Assembly: GCA_964016885.1 (NCBI GenBank)
Contig: OZ024761.1
Span: forward strand, 25,172,001-25,236,000
DNA: 64,000 nucleotides
Direction of reading: 5' to 3'
DNA from: Eledone cirrhosa
Taxonomy: Eukaryota
A model generated the notes under the pieces. The model did not search any database. It had not been told where the DNA came from and saw only the letters and a list, made by a program, of their open reading frames with translations. A program made the translations under genes and the position numbers. The first letter of the stretch is position 1. Each line of letters starts with the position of its first letter. This document shows, piece after piece, positions 1-12,952 of this stretch.

Positions 1-209
1 CTCTAGTCTTAAGAATTGGTCATTCACAGACACTTTGAATTTCAACATCAAGAGCATTATATTAATGTGTATATATATCTATGTGAGTACGTGTTTGTGT
101 ATGTGTGTGTACGTGTGTGTGTACGTATATGTGTATATAGCTCTGGTGCAATGTATGCATGTATATAAGTATGAATATATATATATATTTATAAACACAC
201 ATACACACG

Positions 210-285
<76 letters not shown>

Positions 286-949
286 TAGATATATATATAT
301 AAAAATATAAATATATATATATATATATATAAAAATATAAATATATATATATATATGTATATACACCTACATATGTACATATATACACATATATACACAT
401 ATATACATAAATATACATACATAAATATACATATATATACACACACATATACATAAATATACATATATATACACACACATACACATAAATATACATACAT
501 AAATATACATATATATATACACATACATAAATACATATATATACACATTTATATATATGTACATAGATACCCACACATTAACATTAATATACATACATAT
601 ACACACACATATATATACATAGTTATACATACATATACACACACATATATACATAGTTATACATACATATACACACATATATACATAGTTATACATACAT
701 ATACACACATATATACATAAATATACATACATATACACACATATATACACATATATACATACATATACACATATATATATATATATATATACACATAAAT
801 ATATATATATATATACACACACATACATATATACAGATACACCTAAATACCGTCTTCTTGCTATATGAAGCGTTAACCTAATATATCTCTTCCATGTACT
901 GTACCGATTGTGTTGTTATTTCTGTTTACATTTTACATACATACATGTA

Positions 950-957
950 TATATATA

Positions 958-1016
<59 letters not shown>

Positions 1017-1027
1017 TTATATATATA

Positions 1028-1086
<59 letters not shown>

Positions 1087-1182
1087 TTATATATATATAT
1101 ATATACATATATTATATATATATATATACATATATTATATATATATATATACATATATTATATATATATTATATATATATAT

Positions 1183-1253
<71 letters not shown>

Positions 1254-1273
1254 TTATATATATATATATATAC

Positions 1274-1311
<38 letters not shown>

Positions 1312-1364
1312 TTATATATATATATATATATATACATATATTATATATATATATATATATATAC

Positions 1365-1402
<38 letters not shown>

Positions 1403-1538
1403 TTATATATATATATATATATATACATATATTATATATATATATATATATATACATATATTATATATATATATATATATATACATATATTATATATATA
1501 TATATATATATACATATATTATATATATATATATATAC

Positions 1539-1580
<42 letters not shown>

Positions 1581-1613
1581 ATATATATATACATATATTA
1601 TATATATATATAC

Positions 1614-1659
<46 letters not shown>

Positions 1660-1745
1660 ATATACATATATACATATATGCATATATATATACATATATG
1701 CATACATATATACATGTACACATACATATATATATATACACATGT

Positions 1746-1778
<33 letters not shown>

Positions 1779-1910
1779 CGCACACATGTACACATACATA
1801 TATATATATATGTACACACACATGTACATACACCACATGTGTATATATATATATATATATACATAAACGTATACACACATTATATATACACATATTTATA
1901 TATATATATA
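950..1910. repeat. (TA)n microsatellite array with TACATATATT interruptions
   Basis: Directly visible; source of the YI-repeat ORFs. Confidence 0.95.
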
Positions 1911-1950
1911 TCTTTTTCCGACAGACAACCTTTCCCCCACCCCGGAAAAC

Positions 1951-1986
1951 CCCCAGTTGATGGATGTGAATCCGAAATATATAGGG
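1951..1986 (+). ncRNA. Degenerate minimal hammerhead-like motif
   Basis: ccc-CAGTTGA(core has 2 changes)-t-ggat/gtga/atcc-GAAA-tata-TA-ggg. Confidence 0.35.
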
Positions 1987-2187
1987 ACAATTAAATCTCT
2001 CCCAAGGTTGTTATCTCTCGTGTTGTTATTTTTATTTTATCCTTTATACTCTTTCCTTCATTCTTCTACACATCTTATACACGCCACGCATCTCAACGTA
2101 CACCCACTTACATCTCTCTCTCCACCACCGGATCTTGTTACCCGGAGATTTACCCATTTGCATTGTCGAGGCTTCCAAACGACTTAA

Positions 2188-2227
<40 letters not shown>

Positions 2228-2233
<6 letters not shown>

Positions 2234-2390
2234 GGGTCATTTTGTTGTAATAATACTGCGAGAAATAATATATATATATGTATATATATATATATATGGG
2301 AGGGTCATTTTGTTGTAATAATATTGCGAGAAATTATATATATATATTGGAGGGTCATTTTGTTGTAATAATATTGTGAGAAATAATATA
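2228..2390 (+). repeat. Three tandem copies of ggagggtcattttgttgtaataat..gcgagaaat separated by (TA)n
   Basis: Visible direct repeats; similar to the ggagggtcat end of the 48156 and 52695 family. Confidence 0.8.
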
Positions 2391-2429
2391 GATATATATA
2401 GTTATGTAATAAACAACATCAGGCAATTA

Positions 2430-2490
2430 TTTCATTTACCAGTGGTTTCTTAAATGTAAAAAAATGTTGCTTTCAATCATCAGAATGAAA
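2430..2490 (-). ncRNA. Type I hammerhead ribozyme motif (family A)
   Basis: Minus strand: tttcatt-CTGATGA-ttgaa...tttaa-GAAA-CCACTGG-TA-aatgaaa; perfect 7-bp stem I; GUA site. Confidence 0.75.
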
Positions 2491-2587
2491 AAATCCTGGA
2501 CTTTTCCGACGGAATTACTTCATTCACATATATATATATATATTAATTCAAAATATTAACAAAAATAGACATTCATGTGATCAAGTA

Positions 2588-2640
2588 TATTTTATTATAC
2601 ATATTTCAGAGGTACTGAGCTATCTCCATCAGAGAAAATA
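2588..2640 (-). ncRNA. Degenerate hammerhead motif
   Basis: tattttct-CTGATGG-aga...tct-GAAA-TATGTA-TA-ataaaata; core A9 changed. Confidence 0.45.
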
Positions 2641-2819
2641 AGATGATGCATGACATACCCTGACTTAGTTGATGGTTAAGATTCAATCATGGTAGTCATA
2701 TATACATATATATATATATAAAAAGGAACGATCGACTTTTTTGTCAAATCGGACCGAGGGAACAATGCTTCCGTTGGTCTTTCCAATTGCTCATACTATC
2801 TATCGGTCGCAACTCCAGG

Positions 2820-2930
2820 TAGAAGGAGCAACGTGAAATAAAGTGTCTTGCTCAAGGACATAACGCATCGCCTGGTCCAGGAATCGAACTCACAACCTTA
2901 CGATTGCGGATACAATTCTCTAACCACTCA
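2820..2930 (-). mobile_element. tRNA-derived CORE-type SINE fragment
   Basis: Minus strand has a B-box-like gagttcgattcc followed by the CORE-like tgtccttgagcaagacactttatttcacg. Confidence 0.65.
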
Positions 2931-3123
2931 ACTATATATATATATTCAATTCTCTAACCACTCTAACTATATATATATATTCAGATTTGAGGTTCACCAC
3001 TGTATAGAGCTGGTCAATTCCGTATGGTCAATCGCAATGTAATAATATGGAGAGTACTCAACGTAAAGCAGTTCAACCGTCTTTGTTTTTGTAGTTGGTG
3101 GTGCTATTACGGAGTTAAATATT

Positions 3124-3427
3124 ATAATGAAATGACAGGAGGCTGGATTTGTGTAAATCCTTGAAAGATTTATTATACTATGATCATTTCAATGACCGGG
3201 TTCCGTATGAATCTGGTGATATCATCAGGTATTCGAAATATAATACGTGAATGTAATAGATAAAATCTATGGGGCTGAAAATCGAGGACCCGAGGGCGAC
3301 CGCTATCCAGCACCTTCTACCTTAGCCGGTCGCACCGGATTCATACGGAACCCGTCATTGAAATGATCTTAGTATAATAAACCTTTCAAGGATTTACACA
3401 AATCCAGCCTCCTGTCATTTCATTATA
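3124..3427. mobile_element. Fold-back element with ~95-bp inverted arms carrying an HHR (family B)
   Basis: Arms 3124-3218 and 3333-3427 are reverse complements; right end abuts (TA)n. Confidence 0.85.
3175..3232 (-). ncRNA. Type I hammerhead ribozyme motif (family B)
   Basis: atac-CTGATGA-[stem II hairpin]-GAAA-TGATCA-TA-gtat; palindromic stem III. Confidence 0.7.
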
Positions 3428-3699
3428 TATATATATATATATGTATAATATATATTTATATATTCTATATATTCTCGGATCGTTTAAGAAAACATATTGT
3501 CTAATTTAAATAATGTTGTTTTAGAAAACTTGACAAAGACGAAAGCAAAAATATACCTCTATTCACTATTCACATGTTCGTAAATGGAATATATTCTGGG
3601 ATTCTTTCAGAAAACCGTGGTTTAATCTAAATTACGTTATTTACGACATTTCGTGAAATAATCTTTTTAATGTTGAATTGGAAATATATTACGGATGGT

Positions 3700-4835
3700 T
3701 GTTTGTGTTGTGTTATGGTTATTATTAGTGTTGTTGCTGTGGTTGTTGTGATTGCTGTGGTGGTTGTTGTGGTGGTTGTGGTGGTTGTGGTTGTTGTCGT
3801 TAGTGTTATTTTCGGTGTTGTTAGTGTTATTGTTGTTGCTGTAGTTACCGTTATTGTTGTAGTTGTGGTGGTTGTGATTGTTGTGGTGGTGGTTGTGATT
3901 GTTGTGGTGGTGGTTGTTGTTGTTGTTAGTGTTATTGTCGGTGTTGTTAGTGTTATTGTTGTGGTTGTTATTATTGTTGTTGCTGCAGTTACCGTTATTG
4001 TTGTAGTTGTGCTTGTGGTTGTTGTGGTGGTGGTGGTTGTTGGTGTTACTGTCGGTGTTGTTAGTGTTATTGTTGTGGTTGTTATTGTTGTTGTTGCTGC
4101 AGTTACCGTTATTGTAGTTGTGGTTGTGGTTGTTGTGGTGGTGGTGGTTGTTGGTGTTACTGTCGGTGTTGTTAGTGTTATTGTTGTGGTTGTTATTGTT
4201 GTTGTTGCTGCTGTTACCGTTATTGTTGTAGTTGTGGTTGTGGTTGTTGTGGTGGTGGTGGTTGTTGGTGTTACTATCGGTGTTGTTAGTGTTATTGTTG
4301 TGGTTGTTATTGTTGTTGTTGCTGCAGTTACCGTTATTGTTGTAGTTGTGGTTGTGGTTGTTGTGGTGGTGGTGGTTGTTGGTGTTACTGTCGGTGTTGT
4401 TAGTGTTATTGTTGTGGTTGTTATTGTTGTTGTTGCTGCTGTTACCGTTATTGTTGTGGTTGTGGTTGTTGTGGTGGTGGTGGTTGTTGGTGTTACTGTC
4501 GGTGTTGTTAGTGTTATTGTTGTGGTTGTTATTGTTGTTGTTGTTGTTGTTGTTGTTATTGTTGTGGCCGTGGTTGTTATTGTTGTACTTACTGTTGTTG
4601 TTGTGTGTCTTGATAATGTTGATGATGATGGTGGCATTTTGTTTTTGTTGTCATTTTTGTTATTATTACTATTATTGATGTTGAGGTTGTTCTTGTTGTT
4701 GTTATTGTCGTTAATGTTGTTGCTATTGCTGCTGCTGTTGTTGACGATATTGTTGTTGTTATTGTTGTTGTTGTTGTTAGTATTGTTGAGGTTGTTGTTA
4801 TTGTTACTATTATTGATGTTATTGTTGTTATTATA
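3700..4835. repeat. (GTT/GTG)-based minisatellite with a ~115-bp higher-order unit, grading into (TTG)n
   Basis: Recurring gttaccgttattgttg...ggtgttactgtcggtgttgttagtgttatt unit. Confidence 0.9.
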
Positions 4836-5237
4836 GTTAGTGTTATGTAAATTTTATTTGTGTGTTTGATGAATCCATCTAAATCATTTCATTTATAATG
4901 AAGATATTTTATTTTTACAAAGAGTGTCGGTACGGTGTAGGTGCGCCGTGATTGCCTTAGGGTGTGAGGGTGTGAGGACGGTTGGTTAGGTGTTGCTGTT
5001 ATTGTAGTGAAGTGGGTGATAGTGGTGATGTTGGTAAAGACTGGTGGTGGTGGTGGTGCCAAATCTATTTTTGCCGTGTGTTAAAGACATTAGAATGGAT
5101 TCTAATTCCAGTCAGGTCTATTGATAAACGAGACCAAATTACTTCGTTCTTCCTTTTCAATCATTATCCTTCCTTTTCTACTTAGTATACATTACAAATA
5201 TCACTGCAACTACGGGTTATTGTTATTGCTAGAGCCA

Positions 5238-6032
5238 TGGATTGGATGTACCGGATAGAGTGTCGGACTTATTTCTGATTTCAAATCCCGCCGAGGTTAG
5301 CTTTGCCTTTCATCCTTACGGGGTCAATAACATATAGTACCAGTAATGCAATAGGGTCGATTTAATCGACTTTCCCCTCCCTTAAAATTTCTGGATTTGT
5401 ATCTATATTTAGTCCAAATCGCGCCAGGTTAAAATTTGCCTTTCATCCTTACGAGATCGATAAAGTAAAGTACCAGTAATGCTCTGGATAATTGCTGGCT
5501 TTGTGCCAAAAGTAGAAACAATTATTATTATTATTAATAGGGCGGTGGATTGGCAGTATCAGTAGAGGGTCGGACGCCATGCTTTCCAGCATAGTTACGT
5601 CCATTTACGATCTGAGTTCAAATCCCGCCGAGGTTGACTTTGCCTTTCATCCTTGCGGGGGTCGATAAATTAAAGTACCAGTAATGCAATGGGTAATTGC
5701 TGGCCTTGTGCCTAAAGTAGGAACAATTATTATTAATAGGGCGGTGGATTGGCAGTATCGGTAGAGGGTCGGACGCCATGCTTTCCAGCATAGTTACGTC
5801 CAATTACGATCTGAGTTCAAATCCCGCCGAGGCTGACTTTGCCTTTCATCCTTACGTGGGTCGATAAAATAAAGTACCAGTAATGCACTGGGTAATTGCT
5901 GGCCTTGTGCCTAAAGTAGAAACAATTATAATATTATAACTTTGCCTTTCATCCTTACGGGGTCGATAAAATAAAGTACCAGTAATGCAATGGGTAATTG
6001 CTGGCCTTGGGCCTAAAGTAGAAACAATTATT
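5238..6032 (+). mobile_element. Tandem cluster of ~5 tRNA-headed SINE copies and fragments
   Basis: A-box-like TGGCAGTATCGG, B-box GAGTTCAAATC, body gcctttcatccttacggggtcgataaaataaagtaccag, tail ggccttgtgcctaaagtagaaacaattatt. Confidence 0.9.
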
Positions 6033-6513
6033 TTTGTATGGGTTTTAAAATGCCACACTTTCTCAATTTCAACTGTCAGATATTTATATTTAATGAGCTT
6101 TCAAATATTCTTTTCAGGAGATGTTACGAACTGATAAAATGCTCACGTCAATTAAGATACAATATTATTATCATTATTATTATTTGAATCTTATTTCAAT
6201 CCAGCTTCTTTCCTAAACTATGCTGAGTGTCAACCTGATACCAGAGGAAAAACTTTATTATACATTATACAACCAATTGTCATACATATGATGACATGAG
6301 GGAACAGACATCAGTAAATGACTTTGCATGGTTTTTAAATTGATAATATCCTTCTTAGGACATGGAAAATACCAGTCAGTACAATTTTATCTTACATAAA
6401 TGGTTTTCACAGTATCCGGTCCAAATAAATGTCAGTTTCATTTTTAACCATTTCATGGGCGCCGACTATCACTAGTATTTTGGCGAATTAAAGATGCCAC
6501 ATTTTCTCAATTG

Positions 6514-6560
<47 letters not shown>

Positions 6561-6592
6561 AGAACAAAAGATGGTTAAAAGAGTTCCATGTA

Positions 6593-6659
6593 TTTTATTA
6601 TGCGCATTTCAAAAACAAATATCATCATGCAATAATATTTGTGTTTTCATCAGATAAAA
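6593..6659 (-). ncRNA. Type I hammerhead ribozyme motif (family C)
   Basis: ttttat-CTGATGA-aaacacaaatat...atatttgttttt-GAAA-TGCGCA-TA-ataaaa. Confidence 0.8.
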
Positions 6660-6773
6660 CAGGAGAACATGATATAAAGGTTAAAAAACAATTGTGGATT
6701 GTTCAGTTTTAAATCAACAGTTTTAAATCAACTATCCACAAGTGTTTTTTAACCTTCATATCATGTCCTCCTG

Positions 6774-6840
6774 TTTTATCTGATGTAAACACAAATATTA
6801 TTGCATGATGATATTCGTTTTTGAAATGCGCATAATAAAA
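6774..6840 (+). ncRNA. Hammerhead motif, opposite-arm copy with a core mutation (CTGATGT)
   Basis: Same layout as 6593-6659 with A9 changed to T. Confidence 0.6.
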
Positions 6841-6993
6841 TACATGGAGCTCTTTTAACCATCTTTTGTTCTTATATATTATGTATACTCCAGTCCTACA
6901 AACTGTAGAGTGCTTCTTATCCGATATCTGCATTGCGTTATTGTACTACAATAAAACTCACCTCCTACACATATATATATATATATATGTATG

Positions 6994-7112
6994 TAATGTA
7001 TAATAAACAATACAATATAATTACCTCATTACCAGAGGTTTCCCGAATAAGACGAATACGAAAAACGTCCTCATTCGTTCAAGGCAATTTAAAACAGTGA
7101 AATATTTGAAAA
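6994..7112 (-). mobile_element. Single-arm copy of family F with the HHR core deleted
   Basis: Matches 25526-25650 but a short deletion removes most of tcatcgg. Confidence 0.85.
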
Positions 7113-8036
7113 GTCTCATCAAGAAAGGCAAGAGTTTAACGGGCAAAAAATATATAAATAAAAGTAATGCAAGAGATATATAAAAAAATAAGGAAATATA
7201 GTTAGGGTATGTGTATATGTATGTACATACACTCACAAATGTACATCTGTGTGTATGTACAAATGCATGTGTAAGGTGAAAATGTGTGCGTAAGTACATA
7301 TATGAGGGCCAGTATATTTGTGTATATGTGACCACAAATACGTATATAATATGAGTTGAAACAGAAATTATAAGATAATATAGTTAACACGCATCCCCCT
7401 CCTAAATTACTGGCCTTGTGCCAAAAAGTAGAAACAATTATTATTATCATTATTATCATATGGTTTATACAGGAACTACGATACTGCCTTGATCTTTAAC
7501 TGTCTGGTGAGGACCTTAGGCAATTCATAGATACATTTTCTTCTAGAAATATCTGTTGTAAACTTCAGATATTCTGGATATTCATTTAAGTTTGATGAAT
7601 AACAATATATGTATAACACAAAAAGTAATCAATAAAAGAAATCATTGATGACCTAAGGTGTAGCTAGCATGTGATCAAATGTGTACTTGCTGCGGAAAAT
7701 AACAGATGAAGCTTAGCAGCAACAGGAAGGGGAGAAAAAAGAGAGTGTACAAGTAAAAAATATATATTCAAAATGGCGCATATTTTCTCAGAAAGTTGGC
7801 GCGTCAATGCCCTATGGGTACCGTTGCTTTGTATATTTGATCGTCCATTTATTTTGTTATATTTCGTCTGATTTTCTCCCATCAGTATTAGAAATATCTC
7901 TGTATGTATGATTGTGAAATATGTGAATATATGTCACTGGAACCAGTACACATGTTGAAAAATATAAGTGTCTGTATATATGTATGTGTGTATGTATGTA
8001 TATATATATATGTGTGTATGTATGTATATATATTTA

Positions 8037-8622
8037 TGTCAGGTCACCAGTTAGTGCTACTGGTAACGTGTATCCCAGTACAACCCGTCTCTTCGTCGGG
8101 TCGTTGGCGACTAAACTGGCAACCCCACAAAAGGTTTCTTGGTGAGCAGGTTGACTTTGGACATCCAGCAGGACTAAAAACAAAACCTGACAAAGGGCAA
8201 AGGAGCTCTTAAGAGTCAATGGCCATCCAAAATCACCGGCAGAGATGACCCCTTAGCCTTTGTCAAGCCAGAATTCTAGGAGAAGGAAAACTCTGATATA
8301 ACACCTGCAACTCTGGTGGTATCCAATGATGTTGACTTGTTCTTCTTTTTGGTAAATATCATCTTGGTTAAGAGAGTGGGACTGGCTTTGTGCAGTGCCT
8401 TTGCTCACTATAAAAGCTTCACGGCACAGGCATTGCTTTATATCTGGAGATCTCTCTGCACTTGTCGTCACATGGTACCATGGGCCCAGCACTATGTGTC
8501 AATAATTATCACAAGTGTAGTGTTTGTACCAGAGTTTTCATGTCGCAGGCTGGACTAAAAAGTCACACTAGTTCAGCGCATCGGTAGGGGTTCTCCTACA
8601 TGGATATAAAGTAGTGGCCGTA
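8037..8622 (+). mobile_element. Non-autonomous RTE-like element, copy 1
   Basis: Homologous to 18961-19572 and 45056-45610; contains ctaggagaaggaaaactctga (RTE 5'-like) and a zinc-finger remnant. Confidence 0.75.
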
Positions 8623-8863
8623 ATCCTTCATAGTCAGCCTATAAACTTTTCAGCCAGCGAACCACTCACCCATTTATGTATGTATATATATATATATATA
8701 TATATACATGAGTTGGTGTCAAACCACCAGTCTGAAGAGCAGATCGATAAGGGACTTGCGTCCATACCTTCTATCGGTGACCCTGTGACCTTCTTCGAAA
8801 CGCGCCTAACAGATCGATATACAATAATATTCAAAATGCATGCAAACGAAACTTCATCGTTCT

Positions 8864-8945
<82 letters not shown>

Positions 8946-8947
<2 letters not shown>

Positions 8948-9230
8948 ATATTAATAAAGGGAAACTATATTTATAAAACCATAATTATTTTATTATATAT
9001 ATTTCAAGGGCGACCAAGCAAATCTTGGTGCGCTTTCATCATATAAAATACAAAAGATTGGCTCGGTCGCCCTTGAAATATATATAATAAAATAATTATG
9101 GTGTTATAAATATAGTTTCCATTTATTAATATATAGAATAGTTACTCCAGTTTACAGTTGAGTGCACTATATCAGTTATAAACTTTTAAGTTTGTTGGAA
9201 TCCCAACAAATTAATTATAACTTCTACACA
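8946..9230. mobile_element. Fold-back HHR element (family D) with a tail; left-arm HHR at 8988-9048 (-) has core ATGATGA
   Basis: Inverted arms 8946-9020 and 9061-9133; homologous to 31735-32050 and 54094-54510. Confidence 0.85.
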
Positions 9231-9497
9231 CACATATATATATTATGCTAACAGAATAACTATGAAGCTTGTTTCCTTCCTTCTACGGTTAGCTCTCCTC
9301 TTTGTTGTTATCTTGTCTCACTCGCTTTACGCGTTTTAATTGTCCTAATAACTTAATTTAGTTATTATTGTACCGACGTGAGGTATATGATTTTTAATGC
9401 AATGAAATATCTATGATCGTCGGCAAATCACTGATGAGGGACTTATTTTATTACATGTTATCCATGTGCTACCAGCAGTATTTATCTCCCCATTTTT

Positions 9498-9537
<40 letters not shown>

Positions 9538-9589
9538 AAGTATGACCCCGACGGCAGAGCTCAAGCCGTTTTGACGGCTATTTCTTGAC

Positions 9590-9626
<37 letters not shown>

Positions 9627-9670
9627 GCTAGTTTTTCTCAAAGTTATCTCCATCAGAACGAACCATACAA

Positions 9671-9712
<42 letters not shown>

Positions 9713-9996
9713 GAACTGTGTTATTTTATCACCAACACTTTTATATGCAGGCTAGTTCACACCACAAAGAACACTAGTAGGTCTGTTTACGATTATATTC
9801 ATGAAGTGAATTATAACCCGTCGGATCGTACTTCATGATAATATATATATATATATATATATATACATACATGTTCTGGTGGGGTAATCCTGAGAAGCAT
9901 TTCACTGACACCATTACGATATATACCGCATTTTACCTCATTGTCCCCAGTCTCATGTCTTTGCCAATTCTCTCACAGACCAACACTATTATCACT

Positions 9997-10180
9997 ATGG
10001 ATGGGCAGTATCGGTAGAGGCGTCGGACGCCATGTTTTCCAGCATAGTTACGTCCCTTTACTATCTGAGTTCAAATCCCGCCGAGGTTGACTTTGCCTTT
10101 CATCCTTACGGGGTCGATAAAATAAAGTACCAGTAATGCACTGGGTAATTGCTGGCCTTCTGCCTAAAGTAGAAAAAACT
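9997..10180 (+). mobile_element. tRNA-headed SINE
   Basis: Same head, body and tail as the 5540 copies. Confidence 0.9.
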
Positions 10181-10726
10181 ATTACCACTACTGCTGCTAC
10201 TACTACAACTACTACTACTACTAACACTGGTACTGTTACCACTAGCGAGTACTACTGCTAATAATGTTAATAATAATACCTCCAACACCACCATTCCCAT
10301 TACTACAAACACTACTACTGCTACTACTATTACAACTACCACAAGTACTACTAGTAATTAGAATATTAATAATAATACCACTTTCAACACCACAATTACC
10401 ATTACTACTAATCCTACTTCTAATACTACCACCGCCACCAACACTACCAAGCCATTCACCACAACAACCACTACTATATCTACCACTACAATCACCGATA
10501 CCACATCCACCACCTCTACAACTAGAACGACTCTCAATCTCCCATACTTCACAACATACACAGTATTTACTTGTTTTTAATATATTTCACGCCCTATTAC
10601 ATCATTCTCTATTTTGTCTTCCTTATCTTATCTATATTTTTTTCTCAGTTAATTCTACACTATAAATGTTTTCCACTTACATATTTCTCAATTTCCCACC
10701 ATAGTCTCTCTGTGCATCAACAGTGG

Positions 10727-10910
10727 CTATGACAAACAAGTGCAGTCTGTGACTAACCCAGGTTCTGCTACACGTCGGGCTGAGGAGGCCAAACTCTTCA
10801 AATACCGATCGCTGTCCGATAGGTTTGTGGTTGTACTCCTAGCAGTGGAGACTTCTGGTTTCCTCCACGCTAGGGCTACCTCCCTATTCACCACCATAGG
10901 CGCTGAGCTA
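10727..10910 (+). pseudogene. CRE-clade-like non-LTR retrotransposon fragment (C-terminal restriction-like endonuclease region)
   Basis: Translates PGSATRRAEEAKLFKYRSLSDRFVVVLLAVETSG...TTIGAEL, matching the KY..L...F.P.AVETxG pattern; homolog at 16170. Confidence 0.7.
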
Positions 10911-11510
10911 CTTTTGCCACTACCACACCCTGGTACACCTACTGTCACTACCACACCCTGGTACAACTACTGTCACTACCACACCATGGTACAAGTACTG
11001 TCACTACAACACTATGGCACAAGTACTGTCACTACAACACTATGGCACAAGTACTGTCACTACCACACCCTGTTACAAGTACTGTCACTACAACACCCTG
11101 GTACAAGTACTGTCATTACTGCCACTATCACACCCTGGTACAACTACATTCAATACTGTCACTACCACACCCTGGTACAACTACTGTCACTACAACATCC
11201 TGGTACAAGTAGTCACTACAACACCCCGGTACAACTACCGTCACTACCACATCCTGGTACAACTACTGTCAATACTGTCACTACCACACCCTGGTACATC
11301 TACTGTTACTACAACACCCTGGTACAAGTACTGTCAATACTGCCACTACCACAGCCTGGTACAAGTATTGTCAATACTGTCACTACCACACCCTGGTACA
11401 AGTATTGTCAATACTGTCACTGCCACACCCTGGTACATCTACTGTCACTACAACACACTGGTACAACTACTGTCAATACTGTCACTACCACACCCTGGTA
11501 CAACTACTCC
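10911..11510. repeat. Minisatellite (actgtcactaccacaccctggtacaa-like unit, ~27-36 bp)
   Basis: Visible tandem units. Confidence 0.95.
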
Positions 11511-11511
11511 T

Positions 11512-11600
11512 CCCCCCATTCTGTCTGCCGGCGCTGAGTGGCGGGCAACACGTGGGACCCCATTTGCTCAATTTACAGAGAGAGAGGGGGCGATGACGAT
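11512..11600 (+). pseudogene. Continuation (3' end) of the CRE-like fragment
   Basis: ccattctgtctgc...ccccatttgct matches 60810-60870 (GNAFSILSA region). Confidence 0.55.
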
Positions 11601-11789
11601 GAGAGTTCGATACATTGTGTTCCGATGTTCCGATACATTGCACCTGTCAAGAGGGTTCTTTCATACTTGTGACCACGGACATTCTATACCAAGTATTGCG
11701 TATTTCGCTGCACATGGTCTTACTAGTGTAAACTGGTAACTCTCTACTACTGTCACTACAAAACCCTACACCACTCACCGCCACTAGAA

Positions 11790-12445
11790 AAACCACCCCC
11801 AATCACCACAACACCCTGCTCGACCTACCGACACCCCAACACCAGCTCCAACCACTACAACACCCTGCTCCACCCCCCTATCGCTACAACACCCTATGCC
11901 ACCTACCAGCACCACAAGACCACCTCCAACCACTACAACACCCTGCTCCCCCCCCATTGCTACAACACCCTATGCCACCTACCGGCACCACAACACCACC
12001 TTCAATCACTACAAAACCCTGCTCCACCCCACACCCCCCATTGCTACAACACCCTATGCCACCTACCAGCACCACAACACCACCTCCAACCACTACAACA
12101 TCCTGCCCCCCCCCCATTGCTACAACACCCTATGCCACCTACCGGCACCACAACACCACCTTCAATCACTACAAAACCCTGCTCCACCCCACATCCCCCA
12201 TTGCTACAACACCCTATGCCACCTACCGGCACCACAACACCACCTTCAATCACTACAAAACCCTGCTCCACCCCACACCCCCCATTGCTACAACACCCTA
12301 TGCCACTTACCGGCACCACAGCACCACCTCCAATCACTACAATACGCAGTTCCACTCCCCCCCCATTGCTACAACACCCTATGCCACCTACCAGCACCAC
12401 AGTACCACCTCCAATCACTACAACACGCAGCTCCACCTACCGTCA
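11790..12445. repeat. C/A-rich minisatellite, ~80-90-bp unit
   Basis: Repeated ccccattgctacaacaccctatgccacctacc.gcaccacaacaccacc. Confidence 0.95.
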
Positions 12446-12578
12446 CTAATTCTTATGTAATATATAATTGCTTGGTTTATTCGAGAAAATATAATAAACA
12501 AATAACAAACACAGCATTTACGATGTAATAAGAGGATTATTTTATAAATACATGGATATTAGATATATCTTACAAGTA

Positions 12579-12639
<61 letters not shown>

Positions 12640-12642
12640 CAA

Positions 12643-12683
<41 letters not shown>

Positions 12684-12692
12684 CAAGCACAC

Positions 12693-12739
<47 letters not shown>

Positions 12740-12777
12740 TAGAAGCACATATATATAAATATATATATACATACAAG

Positions 12778-12826
<49 letters not shown>

Positions 12827-12911
12827 GTGTGTATATATATACATACAAGCACATACACACACATATATATATATACATACATATATATATTCATGTAAAT
12901 ATACATATATA

Positions 12912-12952
<41 letters not shown>

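Larger units (their letters stand above)
6551..6970. mobile_element. Fold-back HHR element (family C): arms ~6551-6705 and ~6730-6882 plus a one-sided 3' tail
   Basis: ~150-bp inverted arms flanked by (TA)n; second copy at 57881-58162. Confidence 0.9.

Noticed and set aside
3627-4836. Mucin-like Thr-rich and poly-Val ORFs (also 38259-38870 and 48932-49583)
   Set aside because: Trinucleotide-based minisatellites with no unique domain or clear splice context.
5540-5640. tRNA gene
   Set aside because: A and B boxes belong to a SINE head; no cloverleaf, and it is followed by SINE body and tail.
6047-6512. ~20-bp direct repeat atgccaca.tttctcaatt bracketing unique sequence, possible exon or LTR element
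   Set aside because: No sustained ORF and no LTR hallmarks; too little evidence.
8715-8810. CTGAAGA ... GAAACGCG possible long-stem hammerhead
   Set aside because: No UH after stem III and no stem I pairing.
9425-9480. CTGATGAGGG core
   Set aside because: No downstream GAAA or stem III found; at most a truncated relic.
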